A stretch of 64,000 nucleotides of DNA, from contig CAVNZM010000002.1 in NCBI GenBank assembly GCA_963693365.1, positions 7,966,454 through 8,030,453 on the forward strand, written 5' to 3'. Source of the stretch: Amoebidium appalachense. Its lineage: Eukaryota > Protista > Ichthyosporea. A model generated the notes under the pieces. It did no database searches, had not been told where the DNA came from, and saw only the letters and a program-made list of their open reading frames with translations. Positions 36,187-47,016 of the stretch are shown here, piece after piece (the first letter of the stretch is position 1; every line of letters starts with the position of its first letter). Position numbers and translations under genes: made by a program.

Positions 36187-37332
36187 TTACTGGGAGTTGG
36201 CTGGTGCGGCGGTGGGGTCGTAGGGCTTGCTGAAGACCTGCACGTGCTGAGCCTCCCAGTAGGCACGCACCTCAGCTGCTGTTTTGGCCCGGCTGTCGTG
36301 TGCCGGGTAAAGTGTGGCTGCCTTGACAGCCCATGCATGGGCGTTGGCCATTCTTGCAAGCACCCGGCGTTGCCAAGAGGCCCGGGCAGCGGCCTCTGCA
36401 TCAACACGGTTAAGTGTGGTGTTGTAGGGAGCCGTAGGATCGAAGTCTGCGAGAAAGGTGGCGTCGGTAGCACGTTGGATGATGTTTATGAGGGTATCAC
36501 GGTAGCCGGCACGCACAATGAACACTGTGTAGCGACGGCCAATGAAGAGCATGTCGGGAATCATTCGGTTGAGGACACCGAGGGTGTAAAGACGGTCACG
36601 CATGGTGCTGATGTTGGCCGGCACCAAGGTGAAGGCTGCAGTGGTCAACTCGGACTCGTCGGTACCCTGAGGGGCAGGGTCAGACGCCACCCGAGGGCGG
36701 CGGGTTGGGTGCAGTGCTGACGCTGCGGCAAGGGCTGCCAAAGCCTGGGTAGCCCCGTGGGTCTGGGCCACCGACTCGGCATACGTTTTGACTTTCTCGG
36801 ACACGTACACGGTCTTGGCGTCCACCGTAGTGCGGTACACCTTAGGATTCGTTGTGGGTATGAACTTGGGAGACCCCGGGGGGGTGGGTAACCCATCGGG
36901 GGTTGCCTGTGCTGCAGGGGCCGGGCCCGCGTGGGCAGGGCCGGTGGGGGTTGCCCGGTCAGCTTCCAGCTGCCGTAAGCGCGTCTCCATTTGCTGCACA
37001 AGGAGGTCTGTGTGGTCCTGTTTGGCTTTATACTCAGCTACTTGGGTTGTTAAGTCGGAGACTTGGGTGCGGAGCTGCTCATGATGCGCCATAAGTTTGA
37101 GCACGGCTTTCCTAGCCTTCTCGGGTATCAAGTGCAGTTGTTCTTTCGAAATAAAACTACTTGCTGGCGGCACGGCCGGTGGCGCTTTAACCTCGGGAAA
37201 GGGAACCTGTTCCGCTCGGCTCAGTTTAGTTAGCCTCTTATCTGGGGATTCTCCATCCCGTGTATCACGTTTGCGGCTCCCAGGCGGTGTCCCAGGAGGG
37301 TCCGGGGACAAGGATGCATCCTGAGACGCCAT
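36187..37332 (-). CDS. LINE family B ORF1 (381 aa, coiled-coil; no CCHC knuckle seen)
   Basis: Intact ORF directly upstream of ORF2, with heptad segment LRTQVSDLTTQVAEYK...LVQQMETRLRQLE and a KTYAE motif. Confidence 0.85.
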   Translation of the reverse strand: MASQDASLSPDPPGTPPGSRKRDTRDGESPDKRLTKLSRAEQVPFPEVKAPPAVPPASSFISKEQLHLIPEKARKAVLKLMAHHEQLRTQVSDLTTQVAEYKAKQDHTDLLVQQMETRLRQLEADRATPTGPAHAGPAPAAQATPDGLPTPPGSPKFIPTTNPKVYRTTVDAKTVYVSEKVKTYAESVAQTHGATQALAALAAASALHPTRRPRVASDPAPQGTDESELTTAAFTLVPANISTMRDRLYTLGVLNRMIPDMLFIGRRYTVFIVRAGYRDTLINIIQRATDATFLADFDPTAPYNTTLNRVDAEAAARASWQRRVLARMANAHAWAVKAATLYPAHDSRAKTAAEVRAYWEAQHVQVFSKPYDPTAAPANSQ

Positions 37333-38178
37333 GGGTGGGTTCTAGCTGCCCCTCAAGGGGCCTAAGTAGAGGTGGATGCCTAAGTAAAGGCCGATGCCTA
37401 AGTAGAGAAAGTGCCTAAGTAGAGAAAGTAGCCGTCGTCTCTGATCGATCCGTTAACGATGATATCGATATCAATAGAGATCAGCGTGATTGCGTCAATA
37501 GTGAAACTATTTCGATTGGTTCTTCGAATCATTGACCTGATTGGGTGTAATACACCAATTATCTTTCAAGAAAGAATAATTGCTGTGTATTCCACCAATC
37601 ATGGTCTGGCGCTGAATCTTGGCTGCAGGCTATATAAGCTGCAGCCGAGAGAAGCCTTGATCAGTCTTCCCTCACTCAGCGCCACTTGTACCCAACCCAT
37701 CCCGCCCGCGTCTTCCTTTGCTCTCACTCAGTTTTTGTCTGCTTACACACACGATTGATAGTTAGATTTGGGGTGGGTACTGCCGTGTGGTCGCAGGCTT
37801 TCACTTTTACCGATCTCTTTGTGATTGACTGGTTTGCCGATCCCAGCCGATCTCAGCCGATCTCAGCTGTTTGAGCTCAAATAAAATTGAAAGCAATTGG
37901 ATTCTCAGAAGCCAATCAATAGAGATCAGCGTGATTGCGCAAACACTCGATTGGTCCTGATATCTGCCGTTCAAAGTTTCCGCTTGAAGCCTGTTTCTCC
38001 CAGGCAGAAGTGCGAGCGAAAAAAGGTTTTGCGTTTGTTATATACTAGGTCACTAGTAAGAGCCCGTAGTAACCAGAACAGCACAAAGCGAACACATACT
38101 CGGACGGGGACCCTGAGACACTTTTATATGTTTTCCTATGCGTTCAACAGTTGCTACCAAAGGGACATAGTGAGGTAG

Positions 38179-39126
38179 GTCTTCCCGGCATGTGAATATG
38201 GTTTACCCCTTCTCGCCGCTTGGATCAAGAAAGAGAGAACTAGAGCGCTTAAACCCTTGGCAAATTTCCTTGAAGCAGAAGTTGCCTCCTTTCTATCTAA
38301 CAACTGTTGTAAACCTGGGCCTGTAACGCTCTCGATATATGGTCTGGTCCCAATAGCTGCTAGAGTATCCTATCTCGCGCTGAAATTCAATAAGCACATA
38401 AGCCGCTTAAAGAAGTATTTGCCCTCCCACCCTCTCTTCTCTATCCGACCTGTCCCCTCCTCACCTCTCCCCTCTTTCCTCCCCTCTCTCTCCCCTTCTC
38501 CCCTGGGCACAAATACAAATAAACCCCGCAATAGTGTGTGTGTGACTTTGGACTGCCACTTACTTATTAAACATGTACACAATCACAAGATAATCACGCA
38601 ATATAACAAATGGAAAAAGATACCACACGACACTAGACCCGATGAAAGCATACACCTTGAAAAACTAAGCCTTATGTCTCGTTTTATATATACTGACCGC
38701 CTCAACCATATTGCCAAATATGGCACTCGCAAGTGTATAACACCTAAATACATATTACCTTCCTGTAGAACTGGTCTTTCTCTAGCTGATGGTATTATTG
38801 ATCAATTACCACGCTTTTACTGTACACGTGCTATACAGTGGAGATCTAATAAGTATAAGGTGGCATCATTTGCATGCCCAAACAACACACACACACACCA
38901 GTTTAACCGGTCATGTATCGCCAAATGTAGTTTGATAGACCACATAATACCGCAACACACACACGTCACATTCACAACAGACACCCAGAAAGATAGCCTA
39001 CCTGTAAATTACAACATCCTTGATTTTATACTAAACACGCGTAACTACGACCTGTTTATTAGATGTATTGATTGGCTTGAGAAACACATCACTACAAAAT
39101 TATAGCGCACGCGCACACACACACAC

Positions 39127-39177
<51 letters not shown>

Positions 39178-39209
39178 CCAGCTGATACCGAGTGTCCCGA
39201 GGGGAGCCC

Positions 39210-39266
<57 letters not shown>

Positions 39267-39464
39267 GGGGAACCCCAACTAATTGATTTCTCCTTGTAGT
39301 CTTTATGGTGTCTCGTAGAGAAAGTAAACCCTGATATATAGTCACCACCCGACATCTATGTACGTGATCATGATATACCGCTGAGGGGATATTCCGAGCA
39401 AAACCCCCCCCCCCCCATACCTGAGACTGGTTCTCTTTGCCTCGAGTAAACAGCGTAAACCCCC
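38179..39464 (+). mobile_element. 5'-truncated copy of family A, essentially identical to the 3' 1.29 kb of the full-length copy and inverted relative to it
   Basis: Reverse complement of 42289-43572; ORF 38257-39105 is identical to the last 282 aa of ORF2. Confidence 0.95.
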
Positions 39465-39894
39465 TTCATAAGATAGATAAGATCTAGTCGAATTGTTGGT
39501 AGTTCATAAGATAGATAAGATCTAGTCGAAACAATTCATCATCGGCAATACACCTTTTCTCGACTGGGTTTGGAGCAAACAGAACGTACAGATATAAGTG
39601 AGAAGATAGTGGCTATGGATGTCATGTGCTTTCTGCATCAGGCTTTCATGCAGTGGCAAGGTGAAAACAGCAGTAGGACGCAAACAGGTGGCTGGTTTGC
39701 CAAAGATCTTTCTACCATCGTTAACCTAAAAACTTCTTTTGCATGTGTTTGGCTGCGTGTTGGTGGGGTGCCCATAAAAAAGTTCCAGTCAATGCCTGTG
39801 GCAAAGTGTTGCTAAGGCTCAGGACCACACAAGCTGTACATATACAGGAGGAAGGTGAGAAAGGGGGTGGGAGGAGTGGGTGAGAGAGATGGGG

Positions 39895-39927
<33 letters not shown>

Positions 39928-40332
39928 ATAACCCAAAGCTGCCTTTATTGAGGCTAAATAGAGAAAGAGAGAGCTTGCGCACACAACTTTAGGCCGGTGG
40001 AAAAACGTTTGAACTGATCACTCCAAGCATACTTGAGTACGGACGCGGGAGCTGAGCTCAAAACGAAATATGGGGCGATTCTAAAGGATCTCAAAACAGG
40101 AGGGGCCATCTTCAACCTGAGTTGTAGGGTTGTATTACGGTTGGGAAGTTACTACTTAGTGGATTATTATAGACTGTCACTAATAACGAAATGTAGAATG
40201 AATGCTGTGTTACCTAAACAATAATAGTCTATAAATGAATGTCGACCAACTGTGGCATCATTTTAAATCAGCGCCAACATATGATACTGAAGAGGTCTCC
40301 TTCCTTTCCCGGGCATTTCTCCCTTCCCCCCT

Positions 40333-40370
<38 letters not shown>

Positions 40371-40831
40371 CTCCCCCCCCTCCCCCCCACACACACACGC
40401 ATAAACTCTTCCCTCCTCCCTCCCCTTCCCTGTCTCGGTACCCTTTCTGCCGCCTCGGCCCTCAGCAACCCCTATATCCCCCCCCCCCCCCCCCAACACA
40501 CACACACGCACATTCCCTCTCCGTACTCTCCGTCCCTCCGTCAGCCCCCCCGCCCCCACCCCCCCCACACACACGTGACACCAAGACCTTCCCCCCTCCT
40601 TACTCTCTGACCCTCCCCCGAGCCCCCCCCCCCCCCCACCTCCTTACCCTTTCGCCACGCTCATACCCCCCCCCCCCCCCCCCCCCTTCCTCCCCCCCCT
40701 CTCTCGCCTTCACACACCCATGCCTTCCCTTCCTGTTCGTTCTCGACCTTCCTCAGCATCCCCCTCCCCCTCCCCCCCCCCCCCCCTTCCTACATAGTTC
40801 TCTCCTCCTCCCTCCCTCGAAATATATGTCG

Positions 40832-40914
<83 letters not shown>

Positions 40915-41029
40915 CACCCATTTCCCCCAGGCTCCCTCCTTTCATGTTCGATTAGTTTACACACACGCACACACACACACACACACACACACCACACACA
41001 CACACACACAGACTCTCTCTCTCTCCCTC

Positions 41030-41121
<92 letters not shown>

Positions 41122-42485
41122 GAAACGAAACGAAGTTTTTAAGTTCTAAAATCATGAAATAATGAAATGCCAGGAGGACAATCTGTGCCCCCCCCCCCCC
41201 CCCCCCCCGTCCCTACCCCCTCCCCTCTCCCCCAAGCTCTCTCTCTCACTCTCTCCCTTTCTCTCTCTCCCTTTCTCTCTCTCTCTCTCTCTCTCTCTCC
41301 CCCCCTCTCTCTCTCTCTCTCGCTCTCTCTCTCTCTCTATCTCCCACCCTTCCCCCCCCCCCCCCCCCCCCCCCCCCCACCCCCTTGCCTTCCCCCACCC
41401 CCCTCCCCCTTCCAACGTCTTGTTCTTTTGTTTTCGGCTTTCAAAGACTCATCTTCCGCATCACCGCTAGGCAGCTCGTTCGCAACTTGCATGTTGCGTC
41501 GCTTTTTCACCAGTAGGTCTCTCTCTTTGACCCCTTCCTCATCATCTCGTGATCACCCCGCTCACTAAGCTATTCTCGTATTTCCGTATGAGCGTCCGCC
41601 ATAATTTTTATTACACAGGCGAACCCGCGAAGGGTGTGCAAGAACGGGCTCTTTGGCACGTTCCAAGGGCAGACGATCTGCTAAAGCTTGCCATCTTTCC
41701 GATGTGTTCTAGATGAAAGTGGTTGAGCATAAGTTAAGTTTCCTAAGGCGCCATAGAGATGAATTCTTGCGCCCTGCGTTACTTTCGCGTTTTTTAGAGT
41801 TGTGATCCTTTCCGGATCCCTGCTTCTTACTTTTTTGGAGTGGGTGCCCGTGGAGGTCGGGCAGGATGTGAGCGTGGATCTCTGAGGTAATCCAGAGCGT
41901 GTCTTTATTCGTCTATGTACTTTTTAGTTTACCCAAACGCAGCCAAACGCTCAAGTTAGTTTACACTCTTCAATTGCAATATTGTCTCTTCATTTCTAGA
42001 TGAGCCTATGAAACCATGGAACGCGTGGATCTTTTTCCTTGGGGTTTCCACACCACTCAGCTACACAGGCAGGCATCTTGAAAACTATCTACCACGATTA
42101 CTATACAGATGCGTACAAAAACCATAGGAGGTGTAAAACACATAACATTGGACGCGTGTACGTGTTTATTTGTTGTTAAATACTAAGTGTCCACTTTTCA
42201 CACAGCCGCACCACCAACTCTAAGTATTATGTTTTTCTGCCGCCGTCGAAACCACGAAATTGCTATGCTTAGCGGCAGAAATCGTGTTGGGGGTTTACGC
42301 TGTTTACTCGAGGCAAAGAGAACCAGTCTCAGGTATGGGGGGGGGGGGGTTTGCTCGGAATATCCCCTCAGCGGTATATCATGATCACGTACATAGATGT
42401 CGGGTGGTGACTATATATCAGGGTTTACTTTCTCTACGAGACACCATAAAGACTACAAGGAGAAATCAATTAGTTGGGGTTCCCC

Positions 42486-42541
<56 letters not shown>

Positions 42542-42573
42542 GGGCTCCCCTCGGGACACTCGGTATCAGCTGG

Positions 42574-42624
<51 letters not shown>

Positions 42625-42645
42625 GTGTGTGTGTGTGCGCGTGCG

Positions 42646-45600
42646 CTATAATTTTGTAGTGATGTGTTTCTCAAGCCAATCAATACATCTAATAAACAGG
42701 TCGTAGTTACGCGTGTTTAGTATAAAATCAAGGATGTTGTAATTTACAGGTAGGCTATCTTTCTGGGTGTCTGTTGTGAATGTGACGTGTGTGTGTTGCG
42801 GTATTATGTGGTCTATCAAACTACATTTGGCGATACATGACCGGTTAAACTGGTGTGTGTGTGTGTTGTTTGGGCATGCAAATGATGCCACCTTATACTT
42901 ATTAGATCTCCACTGTATAGCACGTGTACAGTAAAAGCGTGGTAATTGATCAATAATACCATCAGCTAGAGAAAGACCAGTTCTACAGGAAGGTAATATG
43001 TATTTAGGTGTTATACACTTGCGAGTGCCATATTTGGCAATATGGTTGAGGCGGTCAGTATATATAAAACGAGACATAAGGCTTAGTTTTTCAAGGTGTA
43101 TGCTTTCATCGGGTCTAGTGTCGTGTGGTATCTTTTTCCATTTGTTATATTGCGTGATTATCTTGTGATTGTGTACATGTTTAATAAGTAAGTGGCAGTC
43201 CAAAGTCACACACACACTATTGCGGGGTTTATTTGTATTTGTGCCCAGGGGAGAAGGGGAGAGAGAGGGGAGGAAAGAGGGGAGAGGTGAGGAGGGGACA
43301 GGTCGGATAGAGAAGAGAGGGTGGGAGGGCAAATACTTCTTTAAGCGGCTTATGTGCTTATTGAATTTCAGCGCGAGATAGGATACTCTAGCAGCTATTG
43401 GGACCAGACCATATATCGAGAGCGTTACAGGCCCAGGTTTACAACAGTTGTTAGATAGAAAGGAGGCAACTTCTGCTTCAAGGAAATTTGCCAAGGGTTT
43501 AAGCGCTCTAGTTCTCTCTTTCTTGATCCAAGCGGCGAGAAGGGGTAAACCATATTCACATGCCGGGAAGACAAAAGTGCGAATAAATGTAAGTCTAATA
43601 GAAGGATGGAGGGGTGTGTCTTTAAAAATATTAGCCGAGAAGAAAGCTAACCGCTTACGAGCCAACTCTACCCTCTTTTCGACCATATGGGGAAACATAA
43701 CACCAACAGAATCAACCGGAACACCAAGATATTTGTATTCTGGAACTATAGGTACAGGTTTAGATGATAATGTAAATGTGTGTAAATTGTTAGCTATATC
43801 AGGTACAAGAACACCACATTTGTCTATGTTAAGGATCATAAGGTTTGCCTTGCACCACTCTGACACTACATCGAACAATCTTTGCAGGCGTCTAGGGGTA
43901 CGGGCAAGGAGGGACAGATCATCAGCATAGAGAAGTGCAGGCGGAAAGTTATTAATAGGGTCATCGTTTTCGGCGTAAATCTTGACAGCCAAATCATCTA
44001 TAAATAGGTTAAACAAAAAGGGGCTAAGCAATGAACCCTGCAAGAGACCTCTAGTACGAGCAAAACCATATGAAAGATGCCCATTAACCACAGCTCTACC
44101 ATAGGTTTGAGACAAGAGTGCTTCTAACAGAACACCAATGCAGTGTGGTACACCCCGTGCAGCAAGCTTTTCCCATAGGAGACCAGGGGAGACAGAATCG
44201 TAAGCAGTTTTCCAATCAATAAAGCCAACATATTGTGCACCAACTTGCATAGAATCGTGCAGTGCCATTATTTGAACATAACATGAATTGTTTTTACGAA
44301 AAGCGGATTGGCATGGGTGTATGTGAAGAATAGATTGAAACCTAGGGTGATGTGCAAATAACCTAAGTAAGCAAGCTTCAAAGAATCTACGAACAACCTG
44401 GGTTAGTGTAATGGGGCGAAAGGATGATATGGGGCCCTCAGAGTCCTTCTTAACTATGGGGATCACTAAGGTATCTAACCAAGATGACGGGACATGTCCA
44501 CATTTAACACACCAAGAAAAGAGAGAGCTTAACATGATAGTAAGATCAGGTTTAATAGCACGATCACTTTCCTTTTGTGGGTAGGAGGGAACAAGGATTT
44601 TAAGAAACCCAGCAGGGAGTCCATCAGGTCCACAAGACTTACTAGAGCTATAACTAGATATCACAGACCATATGGCATCGGGACTGAAAAAGGGGAGGAT
44701 CGATTCTATGGGGATAGATGGGTCTACAGGCCACACAATAGGTTTCTGAGCGGGGGTCCTATCTTTAAACAGTTCCGAGAAATACTTATCAGAGTCTATG
44801 AGGGGGTCTCCAGTGGTATCACCAATAATACGAGCAGGGGGGCCAAATCGATTCATACTAGCAAGCCGGCGCAAGCTTTCCTTTTGAGACAGGGGTTCAC
44901 CTAGTCTAGCGGGAGTGGTGTTTGGTAACAAGAGAGCATCGGGATATTCCTTCCTACCACCGCCAGCATAATCACCGAGATCTATCAAATCATCAACAAT
45001 AAAGTTAGTGCATGTATCTAGTACGAGATGTGAATCTGGCCTGGCTTGTGCAGATTCTAATAGGCGCATATATATAGGGTGTTTCGTAGCATAGCATACA
45101 CATACATCAACTCTACCCCACTGTGACTTAAGCTGGGATAGACGGAGGCGAAAGGTGGGAGGGGGAGGGGGGAGCAGATCAAGGGAGATCTTAGGTAGGA
45201 AAAGGATAGGAGAGTGGTCAGATGACCTAGAGAGGTTAGGAGGGAGAGAGAGTTTTGACATGGTTGATGGCCAAAAGGCCACTCCCCAGTCGGTGTTGTG
45301 GGCATGGGATATTTGAGGGAACCGCAAAGTGTGACTTTGGACATACCTTGCTAAAGGGATAGCACGCTCCGGGGGCTTAGATGGGTACCCGACACTCACT
45401 TGCAGTGTGTCTGTGTGGTGGAGTCGCGTGTTAAAATCACCTAAAATAACAGTGGACATTGGTAACTGTGACAACTCGTGAGTCAATTCGACAACCGACA
45501 TAGATGGTGGGTAATATACAAAAGTAAAAACATTAGAAAGAAACTCTATAGAAACCGAGAATTCCGTTTTTGCTACCGGTTTGCACTTCACTCTCACGTG

Positions 45601-45839
45601 TGGTGCGGCAAGTACAATAATGCCTCGGTTTTTCGCGTAACCGGGGTGTGTGGATGTGTCGACCAATGTAGAGTTGAATTTGTGGTGGTTTTTAAACTGT
45701 GTTTCGCAAATCACTGTAAACGTGTGGTTGTTTGTCTGTTGTTGTATGTAGCTGATTTTATCGTCGAGTGTCCCGGGGGGAGGCCCTTTTGGGGGCCCAG
45801 TGTCCGAGCATTCCAGAAGAAGAAGGATAAATTAGGCAT
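42646..45839 (-). CDS. LINE family A ORF2: AP endonuclease + reverse transcriptase; -1 frame break at 45767-45805
   Basis: FFFWNARTL / VICETQ / LGDFN / SDHSPI (APE); GPDGLP, FRPITL, QSAFR, FIDWKTAYD, GLLQGSLLSP, YADD, YKYLG (RT). Confidence 0.92.
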
Positions 45840-47016
45840 CGGTTTGGTCCGACACCTGTGGGGTTGGTTCCCACTTGTCGCTTACGGGGTCGTATGCACG
45901 ACCTTCCGCCAGCGCGAACAGTTCGCAGAAGAGCTCGATTTCCATCTCGCATCGGCGTTTGCGCTCGAGCAGTTTCTCACCAGAAAACATTGGTTCCTTC
46001 GTGTCCGTGTCTATCACGCTCGTAGCATCGTTTTCCAACTTTGCGAGGAACTCTTTTGCCTTGCTGATGCGTACACGACAACGTGTGGCGCACGCATTCT
46101 TAGCAGACACTTTACGTTCTTTGTCTGCTTTCTGAATGTTTTCCGGCGCGCATGGGTCGTAGCTTGGGAGGTGGGTGAAGAAGCTTCCACACCCCTTTGT
46201 CGCGTCACGGATGAACGCACGGTTATAGTCGCCCCGTACTGCTACTTCCAGCACATCGTATCCAATGAAGGACAGACAAAGGATGCGAGAGCACCGGAAG
46301 CCGAGAGCCTTGAAGATGGACCACATGGCCCTGTGTGGGCGTCTGCCGTGCTTGACTTTGAAATACACCCTCTCGTATTTGGGTGGGATGTTGATGTTAC
46401 CGTTTGCTTGGGTGTTCCCCTTAGCCGGCGGTTTGGAAGGGGAGTTGCGGCGGTACTCGTTGCCTGCAAGAATGCTGGCATATGTTTCCTTGGCAATTTG
46501 GCGGAGCTCGGGTGTTTTACGAGAGTTCGCATATTCTAGGAACTCTGCCGGGAGCTGTGCTTCCGGTCCTGTGTTGTTTTGTGTTGGGGTGGAAATGTCT
46601 CCGTCGCGAGATGTTTGCTCATGAGTTTTGGGGTTTTGCGATCCACTAATGTTTAGCTGGGCTGTGAGTGAATCAATGGTGAGCTTGAGTTGGGTATTTT
46701 CTGTTTGGAGTTTTTCTATCATGTTCTTGAGTGGTAACAGCTCATTTAGCTGTTTCTTAACGAGGGCAAGTTCTGCCAGTACTGTATCAACCGAAAGTTT
46801 CGGCATGGTTGTTATTGTGTTTCTACGGAGTGGTGTGGTGTTATTCTGAATGGGTAGTGTATTGTAAATAGGTGTTGCGCTTAGTCTAAGGCGATGTTTT
46901 TCTGGTTGTGCATCTGTGGTAGGTGTATCTGCTGGACGTTTTAATGGTCGCACATGTGTGATGGGTGTAGATGGAACTTTGAAAGAGGTTCTGAAACGAT
47001 TATAGGCATGTGCCAT
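45832..47016 (-). CDS. LINE family A ORF1 (394 aa, coiled-coil)
   Basis: Intact ORF with heptads LKNMIEKLQTENTQLKLTIDSLTAQL and an ETYASIL motif. Its central region (LG...I....FIG...V, YDP) aligns by eye with family B ORF1. Confidence 0.85.
   Translation of the reverse strand: MAHAYNRFRTSFKVPSTPITHVRPLKRPADTPTTDAQPEKHRLRLSATPIYNTLPIQNNTTPLRRNTITTMPKLSVDTVLAELALVKKQLNELLPLKNMIEKLQTENTQLKLTIDSLTAQLNISGSQNPKTHEQTSRDGDISTPTQNNTGPEAQLPAEFLEYANSRKTPELRQIAKETYASILAGNEYRRNSPSKPPAKGNTQANGNINIPPKYERVYFKVKHGRRPHRAMWSIFKALGFRCSRILCLSFIGYDVLEVAVRGDYNRAFIRDATKGCGSFFTHLPSYDPCAPENIQKADKERKVSAKNACATRCRVRISKAKEFLAKLENDATSVIDTDTKEPMFSGEKLLERKRRCEMEIELFCELFALAEGRAYDPVSDKWEPTPQVSDQTDA

Larger units (their letters stand above)
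32814..37440 (-). mobile_element. Apparently full-length non-LTR retrotransposon, family B (ORF1 + APE-RT ORF2)
   Basis: Two tandem intronless ORFs, 5'UTR tandem repeats ((A)CTTTCTCTACTTAGGC, 37360-37430), and a ~160-nt 3'UTR ending AATAAAAAGTGTGTAAACCCCC. No TSD found; both boundaries are inferred. Confidence 0.9.

Noticed and set aside
39266-39464. LINE tail as an snRNA, SL RNA, hammerhead ribozyme or telomerase-RNA target
   Set aside because: No recognisable U1/U2/U6 sequence, Sm site or complete CUGAUGA/GAAA core. The TAAACCC words are isolated, not telomeric arrays.
39465-39530. 28-bp direct repeat (TTCATAAGATAGATAAGATCTAGTCGAA) next to the LINE end, considered as a TSD
   Set aside because: Both copies lie on the same side of the element, so it is a local duplication and not a target-site duplication.
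41420-42230. Coding-like complex sequence on the - strand
   Set aside because: Multiple stops in all frames and no recognisable motif; it cannot be assigned.
45478-46539. 353-aa + strand ORF, and similar antisense ORFs over the LINEs and secreted genes
   Set aside because: Shadow frames opposite real coding sequence, with no motifs.
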